Positions 1 to 11,457 of a stretch of DNA of 64,000 nt are shown piece by piece; the first letter of the stretch is position 1; the number at the start of each line of letters is the position of its first letter. A model generated the notes under the pieces. It saw only the letters and a list, made by a program, of their open reading frames with translations, was not told where the DNA came from and made no database searches. The position numbers and the translations under genes were made by a program. The DNA is from Escherichia coli. GTDB lineage: Bacteria > Pseudomonadota > Gammaproteobacteria > Enterobacterales > Enterobacteriaceae. The DNA lies in NCBI RefSeq assembly GCF_022846255.1, contig NZ_AP025682.1. One strand, written 5' to 3'.

Positions 1-1341
1 TTCGTTAATTGCCGCTCGCTGACGAATCTCCGAAAGAAGATCATCCACCTGTGTTGCCACTGGCCGCACTTCGATAATCGGGTCGAGTAAGCCTGTTGGA
101 CGCACCACCTGATCCACCACATCGCCACCGGATTTTTCCAGCTCGTAATTACCCGGCGTCGCCGAAACATAGATGGTTTGCGGCGCTAATGCTTCGAACT
201 CTTCAAATTTCAGCGGACGGTTATCCAGCGCTGATGGCAGGCGGAAGCCGTACTCCACCAGTGTCTCTTTACGCGCCCGGTCACCGCGATACATGCCGCC
301 AATTTGTGGAATGGTGACGTGAGATTCATCGACCACCAGCAGCCCATCAGCAGGCAGGTAATCAAACAGCGTCGGCGGTGGCTCACCCGGTCCACGACCG
401 GAGAGGAAGCGCGAGTAGTTCTCAATCCCCGAACAGTAGCCTAGCTCGTTCATCATCTCCAGATCAAACTGGGTACGCTGGGTCAGCCGCTGCTCTTCCA
501 GCAGTTTGTTGTTTTCCAATAGCACTTTACGTCTGGCGGCCAGCTCTTCTTTGATCTCCTCCATCGCCTGGACGATGCGCTCGCGTGGCGTGACGTAGTG
601 CGTTTTCGGGTAGATGGTAAAACGTGGAATAGTGGAAACAATCTGCCCGGTCAGCGGGTCAAATAACGACAATCGTTCCACTTCCTCGTCAAACAGCTCC
701 ACGCGAAGTGCAATGTCATCCGATTCTGCCGGGAAGATATCAATCACCTCGCCACGAACACGGAAAGTACCACGCTGGAAGGCTTGATCATTACGAGCAT
801 ATTGCAGCTCCGCCAGTCGGCGCAGGATCGCGCGCTGATCGATAATCATACCGACCGTGAGATGGAGCATCATCTTGAGATATAAATCAGGATCGCCCAG
901 ACCATAAATCGCGGAAACAGACGCCACCACAACCACATCACGCCGCTCCAGCATCGCTTTGGTGGCGGACAAACGCATCTGTTCGATATGTTCGTTTACC
1001 GAGGCATCTTTCTCAATGAAGGTGTCGGAACTCGGTACATAGGCCTCCGGCTGATAGTAGTCGTAGTAGGAGACGAAATATTCCACCGCGTTTTCCGGGA
1101 AGAATTCTTTCATTTCGCCATACAGCTGGGCCGCCAGCGTTTTGTTGGGCGCAAGTACCATGGTTGGGCGCTGAAGGTCAGCAATGACATTGGCAATGGT
1201 GAAGGTTTTCCCGGAGCCAGTCACGCCAAGTAACGTCTGGTGCGCCAGGCCATCTTCCAGCCCCTCTTCGAGACGTCGAATCGCCTCCGGCTGATCGCCA
1301 GAAGGTTTAAAAGCGGAATTCAGTTTGAACGGTTTACTCAT
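1..1341 (-). CDS. uvrB: UvrB excinuclease ABC subunit B, N-terminal part (3' end lies beyond window start)
   Basis: Reverse translation from ATG at 1341 gives [28 protein letters not shown]...[10 protein letters not shown] (Walker A); reading frame runs off the window edge at [12 protein letters not shown]. Confidence 0.9.
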
Positions 1342-1417
1342 GAGTCGCTACCTGAAGGAGTTGGGCGGGCAGGTATGTAATTTTACTCGTCGTACTTAAT
1401 TATGCCAACAAATTATA

Positions 1418-1433
1418 CTGGATAAAAAAACAG
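1418..1433. promoter_or_regulatory. LexA (SOS) box, CTG-N10-CAG, in uvrB promoter region
   Basis: Sequence ctggataaaaaaacag about 80 bp upstream of the uvrB start; matches the remembered uvrB SOS box. Confidence 0.7.
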
Positions 1434-1737
1434 TTCATCACCATAATATTTCTGTTACAGCGTAAACTCCGCTGTCAATCATGAGCAAAATTTACTCTGC
1501 GGCGAGATAAAACTCCGGCCTTACCGGGTTATCCCCAAAGCAACGGCTTTTTTAACATTTGTCAAGATGATTGATGACAGTTTTATGGCAAGAGATGCCT
1601 GTTCAGTGACTGCCATTGCAATTATCTAACCTGTTAAAAAATAAAAGATATTTCTTTGAGCCGTCTTTAACGCCAATTCGCGTGCAAGCCGCGTATTCTC
1701 TCGCTTGCCTCGTGTTTTCTAACTCTAATACACATGG

Positions 1738-1760
1738 TTATCCACAGGAATAGTGGATAA
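1738..1760. promoter_or_regulatory. DnaA-box pair (TTATCCACA and inverted GTGGATAA) in uvrB upstream region
   Basis: ttatccacaggaatagtggataa: consensus DnaA box plus an inverted copy 6 bp away. Confidence 0.6.
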
Positions 1761-1919
1761 CTGTCTGCAGCCCCTATCCCCCGCCGCCTGGGCAATTCCC
1801 ACATTCACCGCATGATGCGGAGGTAAAATTTTTTTCGTGATTTTTTTAGAATTTAATTGGTTAAATTGCAGTCAATCGGAGACGCGATCTCGCTCACAAT
1901 TTAACCAAGCACAGGATGA

Positions 1920-2603
1920 CTACATTAAGGCAAGATTGATGTACTTTCCGGTTGCCGCATTTTCTGGATTTTCTGCAAGCCAGGGAATTTCGCCCAGCAG
2001 CGGCGCGGGAATCATGCGGGTGAGCGTGGTCATATATTCAGCGTGACGTTTTCCCGGAGGCGTGACATCGTTCGCCACCCACCCCGCCAGAGTCAGTCCG
2101 GCGTGTAGTATTGCCTGCGCAGTCAACATCGCGTGATTAATACAGCCGAGTTTCACGCCCACAACCAGTATCACTGGCAGTTGTTCCTGTGTTACCCAAT
2201 CCGCAAAAGTGAAAGTGTCAGAAAGCGGCGTAAACCAGCCGCCAGCACCTTCCACTAACACCCAGTCAGCCTGTTGTTCAAGCGCGCGTAATCCGGCGCT
2301 CATTACCGATGATTCTATCGGCCTGCCCTCTTGCGCGCTGATGATGTGCGGCGAGGTGGGTTCTGCGAAGGTGTAAGGATTTACCGTTGCGTAATCCAGC
2401 TGCAGGCTACTGTTGCGCTGTAACGCCAGCGCGTCACTATTACGTAAGCCTTTCAGGGTCTTTTCGCTGCCAGAGGCGACCGGTTTGTAACCTGCCGTCC
2501 GGTAGCCTGCTGCCTTTGCGGCTTGTAAAAGCGCGCAGCTGGCGACAGTTTTCCCCACTTCGGTATCCGTTCCGGTGACAAAATAACATTTACTCACGAG
2601 CAA
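1920..2603 (-). CDS. bioD: Dethiobiotin synthetase
   Basis: 227 aa ORF; P-loop-like GTDTEVGKT; last gene of bioBFCD gene order. Exact start uncertain (alternative GTG a few codons in). Confidence 0.9.
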   Translation of the reverse strand: MLVSKCYFVTGTDTEVGKTVASCALLQAAKAAGYRTAGYKPVASGSEKTLKGLRNSDALALQRNSSLQLDYATVNPYTFAEPTSPHIISAQEGRPIESSVMSAGLRALEQQADWVLVEGAGGWFTPLSDTFTFADWVTQEQLPVILVVGVKLGCINHAMLTAQAILHAGLTLAGWVANDVTPPGKRHAEYMTTLTRMIPAPLLGEIPWLAENPENAATGKYINLALM

Positions 2604-3345
2604 TCACTCCCAAAAAAAGATGATACGTCAGAGGATATCGCCCCTGTTGTTGCGGCCAGGCCAGTTGCAATCGCTGCAACTGCGAACGCGTTAATATTCG
2701 CGGGTCACGCCCTTCATGAAGATGCGTGGCACCGATGCCTTTCAGCGAACGCATAGCACTGAGCGCATCATCAAACCACAGCGTGATGGGCTGAATATGA
2801 TGTTGATAATGCACGGCGTTTAGCGACTGTTCGATTTCATCTGGCGGTAAAAAGCGATTAGCATGCGGACGCTCGTCCACCGCCTGCCACGCCTGATGCA
2901 GTTCGGGTAACGATCCCTGCACCAGCGTGGTAAACGCGACCACGCCTCCGGGGCGCACCACCCGATACAGCTCGCGGAGTGCCGTGGATAAATTACCGCA
3001 CCACTGCACCGCGAGATTGCTCCATGCAAGATCGAACGTCGCAGTCGCTAACGGCAGGGATTCGATATCTCCCGCCAGATAATGGTCTGCGGCATCCTTC
3101 TGGCGTGCCTGAACAAGCATTGGCGGAGAGAGATCTAACGCAGTCACCTGCGCGTGACGCTCTCGCCAGCGGCGGCTCATCCAGCCTGGTCCACAACCCG
3201 CATCCAGTACGTGGGTGTATTTACGCTGTGGGAGCATTGCCAGTAAGGCGTCAGCACTCTGGCGCTGTAGATCGGCGTGTTGCTCATAGTGTGCGGCTGC
3301 CCGTCCAAATGCCGCAGCAATGGCTTGTTTATTAACCGTTGCCAT
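2590..3345 (-). CDS. bioC: Malonyl-ACP O-methyltransferase
   Basis: ORF-track ORF 2590-3384; start trimmed to [17 protein letters not shown]...; SAM-MTase motif LDAGCGPG. Confidence 0.88.
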   Translation of the reverse strand: MATVNKQAIAAAFGRAAAHYEQHADLQRQSADALLAMLPQRKYTHVLDAGCGPGWMSRRWRERHAQVTALDLSPPMLVQARQKDAADHYLAGDIESLPLATATFDLAWSNLAVQWCGNLSTALRELYRVVRPGGVVAFTTLVQGSLPELHQAWQAVDERPHANRFLPPDEIEQSLNAVHYQHHIQPITLWFDDALSAMRSLKGIGATHLHEGRDPRILTRSQLQRLQLAWPQQQGRYPLTYHLFLGVIARE

Positions 3346-4486
3346 GCAGCACCTCCAGCAGACGGTCGATATCCTGCATTTCATGCGCTGCGGTTAGCGT
3401 TAAGCGCAGTCGCGCAGTACCAGCGGGTACGGTTGGTGGGCGAATTGCCGTGACCCAACAGCCTTGCTGGCGCAGTTTTTCTGCCAGTTGTAACGCACGG
3501 CTGTTATCACCGACGATCAATGGCTGGATGGCGCTGCATGAGTCAGCAAGCGTAAACGGCAAATCCTGCACTCCGGCACGAAAACGAGTAATGAGTGCCG
3601 CCAGTTTTTCGCGCCGTGCATCCCCCTCATCACTGCGAATGACCGCCAGCGACGCACGTAATGCCTGCGCCTGAGCGGGCGGCATACTGGTGCTGTAGAT
3701 AAGATGGCGAGCGAATTGCAGCAGATAATCCGCCACGGTATCGGAGCAAAGCACCGCTGCCCCGCTGACGCCAAATCCTTTGCCAAACGTCACCACCAGC
3801 AATTCTGGTTTTACCTTTTGCAGCCAGCAGCTGCCACGCCCCTGTTCCCCGATAACGCCCGTGCCGTGGGCGTCATCGACCAACAACCAGCCATCGTGCT
3901 GTTGCGTTACTTGCTGGATTTCCTCCAGTGGCGCACTATCGCCGTCCATGCTGAACACACCTTCTGTCACTACCAGTTGCTGCCCCGGACAGGGGGAAGC
4001 AAGCAGTCGCGCCAGATGAGTGACATCGTTATGAGCAAAACGGCGAAGCGGCGACGGGCTTAAACTTGCAGCCTCCAGCAATGAGGCATGGCTAAGCCGG
4101 TCGGCAACAATACGGTCCTCTTTCGCCATCATCGCGGCAATGACTGCCTGATTAGCCGCAAAACCAGAGATAAACAGCAGCGCCCGCGAATAGCCCAGCC
4201 ACTCGGCCAGTTCTTCTTCCAGCGCCTGATGCGCCACGCTATAACCGCTGACGTGACCGGAGCCGCCGCTACCGACGCCAAATTGATCCGCGCCCTGCTG
4301 CCAGGCACGGATAATTTGCGGGTGATGACTTAAACCGAGGTAATCATTACTGGAAAAGTTCAGATACTGGCGATCATCTGCCACCAGCCAGCATCCGGCC
4401 CCTTGCGCCACCGGATAACGGCGACGCAGGGCATCAGCAGCACGCCGCGCATCGAGCGCCGAATTGATTTTCTCCTGCCAGCTCAT
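3332..4486 (-). CDS. bioF: 8-amino-7-oxononanoate synthase
   Basis: 384 aa PLP-dependent acyltransferase-like ORF, overlapping bioB stop and bioC start as in a tight operon. Confidence 0.9.
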
Positions 4487-5523
4487 AGTGCTGCCGCGTT
4501 GTAATATTCGTCGGTGTCCGGGGTCATTAGTGCCTGCTCCAGACGCTGCTGTTGTTCGTTATCGCCCGCCAGAACGGCGGTTTGTTGCGGATTCAGCCCC
4601 AGTTTGCGGAACAGTTGCAGATCTTTATCTTCTTCCGGATTCGGCGTGGTCAGCAGTTTGCAACCGTAGAAAATCGAGTTTGCGCCAGCCATAAAGCACA
4701 TCGCCTGAGTCTGTTCGTTCATCTGCTCGCGTCCGGCAGAAAGGCGTACGTAAGAGGTCGGCATCATGATCCGCGCTACGGCAATGGTACGGATAAAATC
4801 AAAGGCATCGACATCGTCGTTATCCGCCAGCGGCGTGCCTTTCACCTTCACCAGCATGTTGATTGGCACGCTTTCCGGCGGCGTCGGCAAGTTTGCCAGT
4901 TGCAGCAATAATCCGGCGCGATCTTTCACCGTTTCGCCTAAGCCCACAATGCCACCTGAACAGACTTTAATCCCAGCTTCTCGCACTTTTTCCAGCGTAT
5001 CGAGACGTTCCTGATAGGTGCGGGTGGTGATGATATTGCCGTAAAACTCCGGCGAGGTGTCGAGGTTGTGGTTATAGTAATCCAGCCCGGCATTCGCCAG
5101 GCGCTGCGCCTGAGATTCACTCAACGTGCCCAGCGTCATACACGCCTCCAGCCCCATCGCTTTTACCCCCTGCACCATTTGTTCCAGGTACGGCATATCG
5201 CGTTCGTGGGGATTCTTCCACGCCGCGCCCATACAGAAACGCGTCGATCCCGCCGCTTTCGCTTTGCGCGCCGACTCCAGCACCTGTTCAACTTCCATCA
5301 ACCGCTCGGCTTCCAGCCCGGTTTTGTAGCGCGAGCTTTGCGGGCAATATTTGCAATCTTCCGGACAAGCTCCGGTCTTAATCGACAGCAAAGTGCTGAC
5401 CTGCACCTGACGAGGATCGAAATGCTGACGATGCACCTGCTGCGCTTCAAACAGCAGATCCAGCAACGGTTTTTCAAATAATTCTGTGACTTGCGACAAT
5501 GTCCAGCGTGGGCGGTGAGCCAT
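4483..5523 (-). CDS. bioB: Biotin synthase (radical SAM)
   Basis: 346 aa; radical-SAM cysteine motif CPEDCKYC; divergent from bioA across the bio operator. Confidence 0.93.
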
Positions 5524-5565
5524 GGGGCTTCTCCAAAACGTGTTTTTTGTTGTTAATTCGGTGTA

Positions 5566-5605
5566 GACTCGTAAACCTAAATCTTTTCAATTTGGTTTAC
5601 AAGTC
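5566..5605. promoter_or_regulatory. bio operator (BirA binding palindrome) in bioA/bioB divergent promoter
   Basis: Reverse complement reads cttgtaaaccaaattgaaaagatttaggtttacgagtctacac, matching the remembered bioO operator between divergent bioA and bioB. Confidence 0.8.
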
Positions 5606-5609
5606 GATT

Positions 5610-6899
5610 ATGACAACGGACGATCTTACCTTTGACCAACGCCATATCTGGCACCCATACACATCCATGACCTCCCCGCTGCCGGTTTATCCGGTGGCAA
5701 GCGCCGAAGGTTGCGAGCTAATTTTGTCTGACGGCAGACGCCTGGTTGACGGTATGTCGTCCTGGTGGGCGGCGATCCACGGTTACAATCACCCGCAGCT
5801 TAATGCGGCGATGAAGTCGCAAATTGATGCTATGTCGCATGTGATGTTTGGCGGTATCACCCATGCGCCCGCCATTGAGCTGTGCCGCAAATTGGTGGCA
5901 ATGACGCCGCAACCGCTGGAGTGCGTTTTTCTCGCGGACTCCGGCTCCGTAGCGGTAGAAGTGGCGATGAAAATGGCGTTGCAGTACTGGCAGGCCAAAG
6001 GCGAAGCGCGCCAGCGTTTTCTAACCTTCCGCAATGGTTATCATGGCGATACCTTTGGCGCGATGTCGGTGTGCGATCCGGACAACTCAATGCACAGCCT
6101 GTGGAAAGGCTATCTGCCAGAAAACCTGTTTGCTCCCGCCCCGCAAAGCCGCATGGATGGCGAATGGGATGAGCGTGATATGGTGGGCTTTGCCCGCCTG
6201 ATGGCAGCGCATCGTCATGAAATCGCGGCGGTGATCATTGAACCGATTGTCCAGGGCGCAGGCGGGATGCGCATGTACCATCCGGAATGGTTAAAACGAA
6301 TCCGCAAAATGTGCGATCGCGAAGGTATCTTGCTGATTGCCGACGAGATCGCTACCGGATTTGGTCGTACCGGCAAACTGTTTGCCTGTGAACATGCAGA
6401 AATCGCGCCGGATATTTTGTGTCTCGGTAAAGCCTTAACCGGCGGCACAATGACCCTTTCCGCCACGCTCACCACGCGCGAGGTTGCGGAAACCATCAGT
6501 AACGGCGAAGCCGGCTGCTTTATGCATGGGCCAACTTTTATGGGCAATCCGCTGGCCTGCGCAGCAGCAAACGCCAGCCTGGCGATTCTTGAATCTGGCG
6601 ACTGGCAGCATCAGGTGGCGGCTATTGAAGCGCAGCTACGCGAGCAACTTGCCCCCGCCTGTGACGCCGAAATGGTTGCCGATGTGCGCGTACTGGGGGC
6701 AATCGGCGTGGTCGAAACCACTCGTCCGGTGAATATGGCAGCGCTGCAAAAATTCTTTGTCGAACAGGGTGTCTGGATCCGGCCTTTTGGCAAACTGATT
6801 TACCTGATGCCGCCCTATATTATTCTCCCGCAACAGTTGCAGCGTCTGACCGCAGCGGTTAACCGTGCAGTGCAGGATGAAACATTTTTTTGCCAATAA
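5610..6899 (+). CDS. bioA: Adenosylmethionine-8-amino-7-oxononanoate aminotransferase
   Basis: ORF-track ORF 5499-6899; start trimmed to ATG giving [20 protein letters not shown]...; class III aminotransferase. Confidence 0.9.
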   Translation: MTTDDLTFDQRHIWHPYTSMTSPLPVYPVASAEGCELILSDGRRLVDGMSSWWAAIHGYNHPQLNAAMKSQIDAMSHVMFGGITHAPAIELCRKLVAMTPQPLECVFLADSGSVAVEVAMKMALQYWQAKGEARQRFLTFRNGYHGDTFGAMSVCDPDNSMHSLWKGYLPENLFAPAPQSRMDGEWDERDMVGFARLMAAHRHEIAAVIIEPIVQGAGGMRMYHPEWLKRIRKMCDREGILLIADEIATGFGRTGKLFACEHAEIAPDILCLGKALTGGTMTLSATLTTREVAETISNGEAGCFMHGPTFMGNPLACAAANASLAILESGDWQHQVAAIEAQLREQLAPACDAEMVADVRVLGAIGVVETTRPVNMAALQKFFVEQGVWIRPFGKLIYLMPPYIILPQQLQRLTAAVNRAVQDETFFCQ

Positions 6900-6957
6900 C
6901 GGGAAGTCAGCGTGAGGGTTTCTGGCTACACTTTCTGCAAACTAGAAAGGAGGGTTC

Positions 6958-7434
6958 ATGAAACTCATCAGTAACGATCTGCGCGATGGCGATAAGCTGC
7001 CGCATCGTCATGTCTTTAACGGCATGGGTTACGATGGCGATAATATTTCACCGCATCTGGCGTGGGATGATGTTCCTGCGGGAACGAAAAGTTTTGTTGT
7101 CACCTGCTACGACCCGGATGCGCCAACCGGCTCCGGCTGGTGGCACTGGGTAGTTGTTAATTTACCCGCTGATACCCGCGTATTACCGCAAGGGTTTGGC
7201 TCTGGTATGGTAGCAATGCCAGACGGCGTTTTGCAGACGCGTACCGACTTTGGTAAAACCGGGTACGATGGTGCAGCGCCGCCGAAAGGCGAAACCCATC
7301 GCTACATTTTTACCGTTCACGCGCTGGATGTAGAACGTATTGATGTCGATGAAGGTGCCAGCGGCGCGATGGTCGGGTTTAACGTTCATTTCCACTCTCT
7401 GGCAAGCGCCTCGATTACTGCGATGTTTAGTTAA
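6958..7434 (+). CDS. ybhB: PEBP/UPF0098 family protein
   Basis: 158 aa ORF with good RBS (aggagg) upstream; position after bioA as in K-12. Confidence 0.85.
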   Translation: MKLISNDLRDGDKLPHRHVFNGMGYDGDNISPHLAWDDVPAGTKSFVVTCYDPDAPTGSGWWHWVVVNLPADTRVLPQGFGSGMVAMPDGVLQTRTDFGKTGYDGAAPPKGETHRYIFTVHALDVERIDVDEGASGAMVGFNVHFHSLASASITAMFS

Positions 7435-7585
7435 TCACTCTGCCAGATGGCGCAATGCCATCTGGTATCACTTAAAGGTATTAAAAACAACTTTTTGTCT
7501 TTTTACCTTCCCGTTTCGCTAAAGTTAGTATAAAAAAGCAGGCTTCAACGGATTCATTTTTCTATTTCATAGCCCGGAGCAACCT

Positions 7586-8869
7586 GTGAACACATTTTCA
7601 GTTTCCCGTCTGGCGCTGGCATTGGCTTTTGGCGTGACGCTGACCGCCTGTAGCTCAACACCGCCCGATCAACGTCCTTCTGATCAAACCGCGCCTGGTA
7701 CCTCTTCTCGCCCGATTCTGTCGGCAAAAGAAGCGCAGAATTTCGATGCTCAACACTATTTTGCATCCCTGACACCAGGTGCGGCAGCGTGGAATCCTTC
7801 CCCGATTACCCTGCCTGCGCAACCTGACTTTGTTGTCGGCCCGGCGGGTACTCAAGGTGTAACGCATACCACGATTCAGGCGGCGGTAGATGCGGCAATT
7901 ATCAAGCGTACCAACAAGCGCCAGTATATTGCCGTGATGCCTGGTGAGTATCAGGGAACGGTATATGTCCCTGCCGCTCCGGGTGGAATTACTCTGTACG
8001 GTACAGGTGAAAAACCGATTGATGTGAAGATTGGGCTTTCCCTTGATGGGGGCATGAGCCCTGCCGACTGGCGTCACGACGTCAACCCGCGCGGCAAATA
8101 TATGCCAGGTAAACCAGCGTGGTATATGTACGATAGCTGCCAGAGCAAACGCAGCGACAGTATCGGCGTTCTCTGCTCTGCGGTCTTCTGGTCACAAAAC
8201 AATGGACTGCAACTGCAAAACCTGACCATCGAAAACACGCTGGGCGATAGCGTAGATGCGGGTAACCATCCGGCGGTGGCACTGCGTACTGATGGTGACC
8301 AGGTACAGATTAACAACGTTAACATTCTCGGTCGTCAGAACACCTTCTTTGTCACCAACAGCGGTGTGCAGAACCGTCTGGAAACGAATCGTCAGCCGCG
8401 TACGCTGGTGACCAACAGCTACATTGAAGGGGATGTGGATATCGTTTCTGGTCGCGGCGCAGTGGTGTTCGATAACACCGAATTCCGCGTGGTGAACTCC
8501 CGTACCCAGCAAGAAGCGTATGTGTTTGCACCGGCTACGCTGTCCAACATTTACTACGGTTTCCTCGCCGTAAACAGCCGTTTCAATGCTTCCGGTGATG
8601 GCGTGGCGCAACTGGGCCGCTCGCTGGATGTTGATGCCAATACCAACGGTCAGGTAGTGATCCGTGATAGCGCCATCAACGAAGGTTTTAACACGGCCAA
8701 ACCGTGGGCCGATGCGGTGATCTCAAATCGTCCGTTTGCGGGTAACACCGGCAGCGTTGATGATAAAGACGAAATACAGCGCAATCTGAATGACACTAAC
8801 TACAACCGCATGTGGGAATACAATAACCGCGGCGTGGGTAGCAAAGTGGTTGCAGAGGCGAAGAAGTAG
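7586..8869 (+). CDS. ybhC: Outer-membrane lipoprotein, pectinesterase-like / acyl-CoA thioesterase family
   Basis: 427 aa; signal peptide with lipobox LTAC; beta-helix-like Asn/Gly-rich repeats. Confidence 0.85.
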   Translation: MNTFSVSRLALALAFGVTLTACSSTPPDQRPSDQTAPGTSSRPILSAKEAQNFDAQHYFASLTPGAAAWNPSPITLPAQPDFVVGPAGTQGVTHTTIQAAVDAAIIKRTNKRQYIAVMPGEYQGTVYVPAAPGGITLYGTGEKPIDVKIGLSLDGGMSPADWRHDVNPRGKYMPGKPAWYMYDSCQSKRSDSIGVLCSAVFWSQNNGLQLQNLTIENTLGDSVDAGNHPAVALRTDGDQVQINNVNILGRQNTFFVTNSGVQNRLETNRQPRTLVTNSYIEGDVDIVSGRGAVVFDNTEFRVVNSRTQQEAYVFAPATLSNIYYGFLAVNSRFNASGDGVAQLGRSLDVDANTNGQVVIRDSAINEGFNTAKPWADAVISNRPFAGNTGSVDDKDEIQRNLNDTNYNRMWEYNNRGVGSKVVAEAKK

Positions 8870-8879
8870 GAGCTGTTAA

Positions 8880-8992
<113 letters not shown>

Positions 8993-9009
8993 CATTCACA
9001 TGGCGCTTT

Positions 9010-11271
9010 TTACATCTGACGGTTTTTATTGAAGTTAATCAAACTACCCGCCTTGATAATCTCGCGCTCTTCGGCCGTCAGGCTTTCCATATAGAGCGTG
9101 ATTTCCGTTACCGGCGCATCTTCATGGATCACATAACCTTTAAACGTCGTTCCAGGATTATCCAGCGCCGTTTTAATGCCAGGGATGTAAATGTAATCCC
9201 CCACTTCAAACGTTGGTGCTTCCGCCATTTGCAGCGGTAACATCCCCCAGTTGATGACGTTAGAACGGTAGCGTTTAGTCGCGTATTCCTCGGCAATATT
9301 CGCCAGACCGCCAATCACACGCTGGCAGCTCGCCGCCTGCTCACGCGCAGAACCATCGCCTGGTTTCACCGCATAGACCATGCTGCCAATTTCAGTTTGC
9401 AGCGGATCAATATGCTCCTGACCAGCAATCTGCTTAATGCGCGCAAACACCTCTGTCAGCTCGCTGACATTCCCCGCCAGACGCTGATTTTCCAGCTCAG
9501 CAGTCGCTTTACTTCTGCCAACATAACCGGGATCGCGGCGTGACAGGGTAAACTCCGCCAGACCAATCGGATTTGAACGATAAGAAGAGGTTTCACCGGA
9601 AGGAATCAGTTCGTCGGTGGTGGTGACTTCGTCGAGGATCTTCGAGCACACTTTGAGGACGATATTGTCAGTCAGCGCACCCAATTCCGGCCAGTCTTTG
9701 ATGTTCGGTCCGTAGATCAGCGGTTGCTGGGTCGCCCCTTTCACAAAGCCTTGATAGACGCGATTTTTATACGGCGTTACATCGAAGGCGTACTCCGGCA
9801 CGTTGTCCCAGCAATCGAGTTCGCTGGCAGAGGTTAAATAGCCACCGTTTGCCGCAGTCGCAGCGATAGAACGAGCGTCCATCAACGCCACCGCTGACAT
9901 CTGCCCATTAGCTGGCTTAGAGCCTTCGCGGTTCGGGAAGTTACGCGTGGTGTGGCGAATACTCAAACCGTTGTTGATTGGCGTATCGCCCGCGCCAAAG
10001 CATGGGCCGCAGAACGCGGTTCTGATGATTGCGCCTGCGCCAATCAAATCTGCTACCACACCTTTTTTGGCGAGATCCATAAACACCGGCTGTGATGACG
10101 GGTAAACCGCCAACGAGAAGGTATCGTTGCCGCAGGATTGACCGCGCAGCGCATTCGCCGCCGCGATGACGTTTTCGTAGTTACCGCCAGAACAGCCCGC
10201 GATAATCCCCTGCTGCACTTTCAGGCGACCATTTTCCACTTTATCCAGCAGCGAGAGTTTGGCTTTACCGTGCGCCACGCGTTCGGACTCAATTTCAATC
10301 TCACGCAGAATGTCGGTCAGATTCTGGTTCAGCGTGTCGATTTCATACACGTTGCTCGGGTGGAATGGCAGCGCAATCATTGGTTTGATGGCGCTTAAAT
10401 CAACACTGATGCAGCCATCGTAGTACGCCATTGGTTGAGGGTTAAGTTGGCAGTAATCCTGGCCGCGACCGTGCAGCGCCAGCCAGTTATGGACTTCTTC
10501 ATCGGTTTGCCAGACAGAACTTAAACAGGTCGTTTCAGTGGTCATCACGTCAACGCTGTTGCGGAAATCGGTAGAGAGCGCTGCAACACCGGGACCTACG
10601 AACTCCATCACTTTGTTTTTGACGTAACCGTTTTTGAACACGGCACCGATGATAGCCAGCGCCACATCCTGCGGCCCCACATACGGCGCAGGTTTTCCGG
10701 TCAGATGCACCGCAACCACGCCCGGATAGTCGATATCCCAGGTGTCATTAAGCAGTTGTTTTACCAGCTCGCCGCCGCCCTCACCGACTGCCATTGTCCC
10801 TAATGCGCCGTAACGGGTGTGGCTGTCTGATCCGAGGATCATTTTGCCGCCGCCAGCCATCATTTCACGCATATATTGATGGATGACCGCAATATGCGGT
10901 GGCACAAAAATACCGCCATAACGCTGGGCCGCCGATAAACCAAAAATATGGTCATCACCGTTAATGGTGCCGCCGACGGCGCAGAGTGAGTTATGGCAGT
11001 TGGTCAGCACATACGGCAGCGGGAAACGTTCCATACCGGACGCTTTAGCGGTCTGTACAATACCAACAAAGGTAATATCGTGAGAGGCTAATGAATCAAA
11101 CTTAATTTTAAGTTTATCCATATTACCAGACGTATTATGAGAAGAGAGAATAGACCAGGCAATAGTGCCTTTTTTTGCTTCTTCTTTTTTTATTTCGCCG
11201 GTGAAATGTTCTTCGGCAATTATTTCGTTATTGCTGGCGAGAAACACGCCTTTTTCAGATAACTTGATCAT
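9010..11271 (-). CDS. ybhJ: Aconitase-family hydratase
   Basis: ORF-track ORF 9010-11295 (761 aa); aconitase-like; start probably the internal Met MIKLSEK (753 aa). Confidence 0.85.
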   Translation of the reverse strand: MIKLSEKGVFLASNNEIIAEEHFTGEIKKEEAKKGTIAWSILSSHNTSGNMDKLKIKFDSLASHDITFVGIVQTAKASGMERFPLPYVLTNCHNSLCAVGGTINGDDHIFGLSAAQRYGGIFVPPHIAVIHQYMREMMAGGGKMILGSDSHTRYGALGTMAVGEGGGELVKQLLNDTWDIDYPGVVAVHLTGKPAPYVGPQDVALAIIGAVFKNGYVKNKVMEFVGPGVAALSTDFRNSVDVMTTETTCLSSVWQTDEEVHNWLALHGRGQDYCQLNPQPMAYYDGCISVDLSAIKPMIALPFHPSNVYEIDTLNQNLTDILREIEIESERVAHGKAKLSLLDKVENGRLKVQQGIIAGCSGGNYENVIAAANALRGQSCGNDTFSLAVYPSSQPVFMDLAKKGVVADLIGAGAIIRTAFCGPCFGAGDTPINNGLSIRHTTRNFPNREGSKPANGQMSAVALMDARSIAATAANGGYLTSASELDCWDNVPEYAFDVTPYKNRVYQGFVKGATQQPLIYGPNIKDWPELGALTDNIVLKVCSKILDEVTTTDELIPSGETSSYRSNPIGLAEFTLSRRDPGYVGRSKATAELENQRLAGNVSELTEVFARIKQIAGQEHIDPLQTEIGSMVYAVKPGDGSAREQAASCQRVIGGLANIAEEYATKRYRSNVINWGMLPLQMAEAPTFEVGDYIYIPGIKTALDNPGTTFKGYVIHEDAPVTEITLYMESLTAEEREIIKAGSLINFNKNRQM

Positions 11272-11324
11272 CAAATGCTCCAGATATCTGCGCACCGTGA
11301 AGTGCGCAGAAAGATAATAAATGG

Positions 11325-11457
11325 ATATACTCTAAATAATTCGAGTTGCAGGAAGGCGACAAGCGAGTGAATCCCCAGGAGCTTACATAAGTAAGTGACT
11401 GGGGTGAGCGAACGCAGACGCAGCACATGCAACTTGAAGTATGACGAGTATATTTAC
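11325..11457. repeat. ERIC/IRU enterobacterial repetitive intergenic consensus element
   Basis: Contains gtgaatccccaggagcttacat (complement of ERIC1R primer) and aagtaagtgactggggtgagcg (ERIC2 primer) at 11367-11410; sits between ybhI and ybhJ. Confidence 0.85.

Noticed and set aside
1837-2046. 69 aa plus-strand ORF at the bioD 3' end
   Set aside because: Overlaps the bioD coding region on the opposite strand and starts inside an intergenic inverted repeat; no support as a gene.
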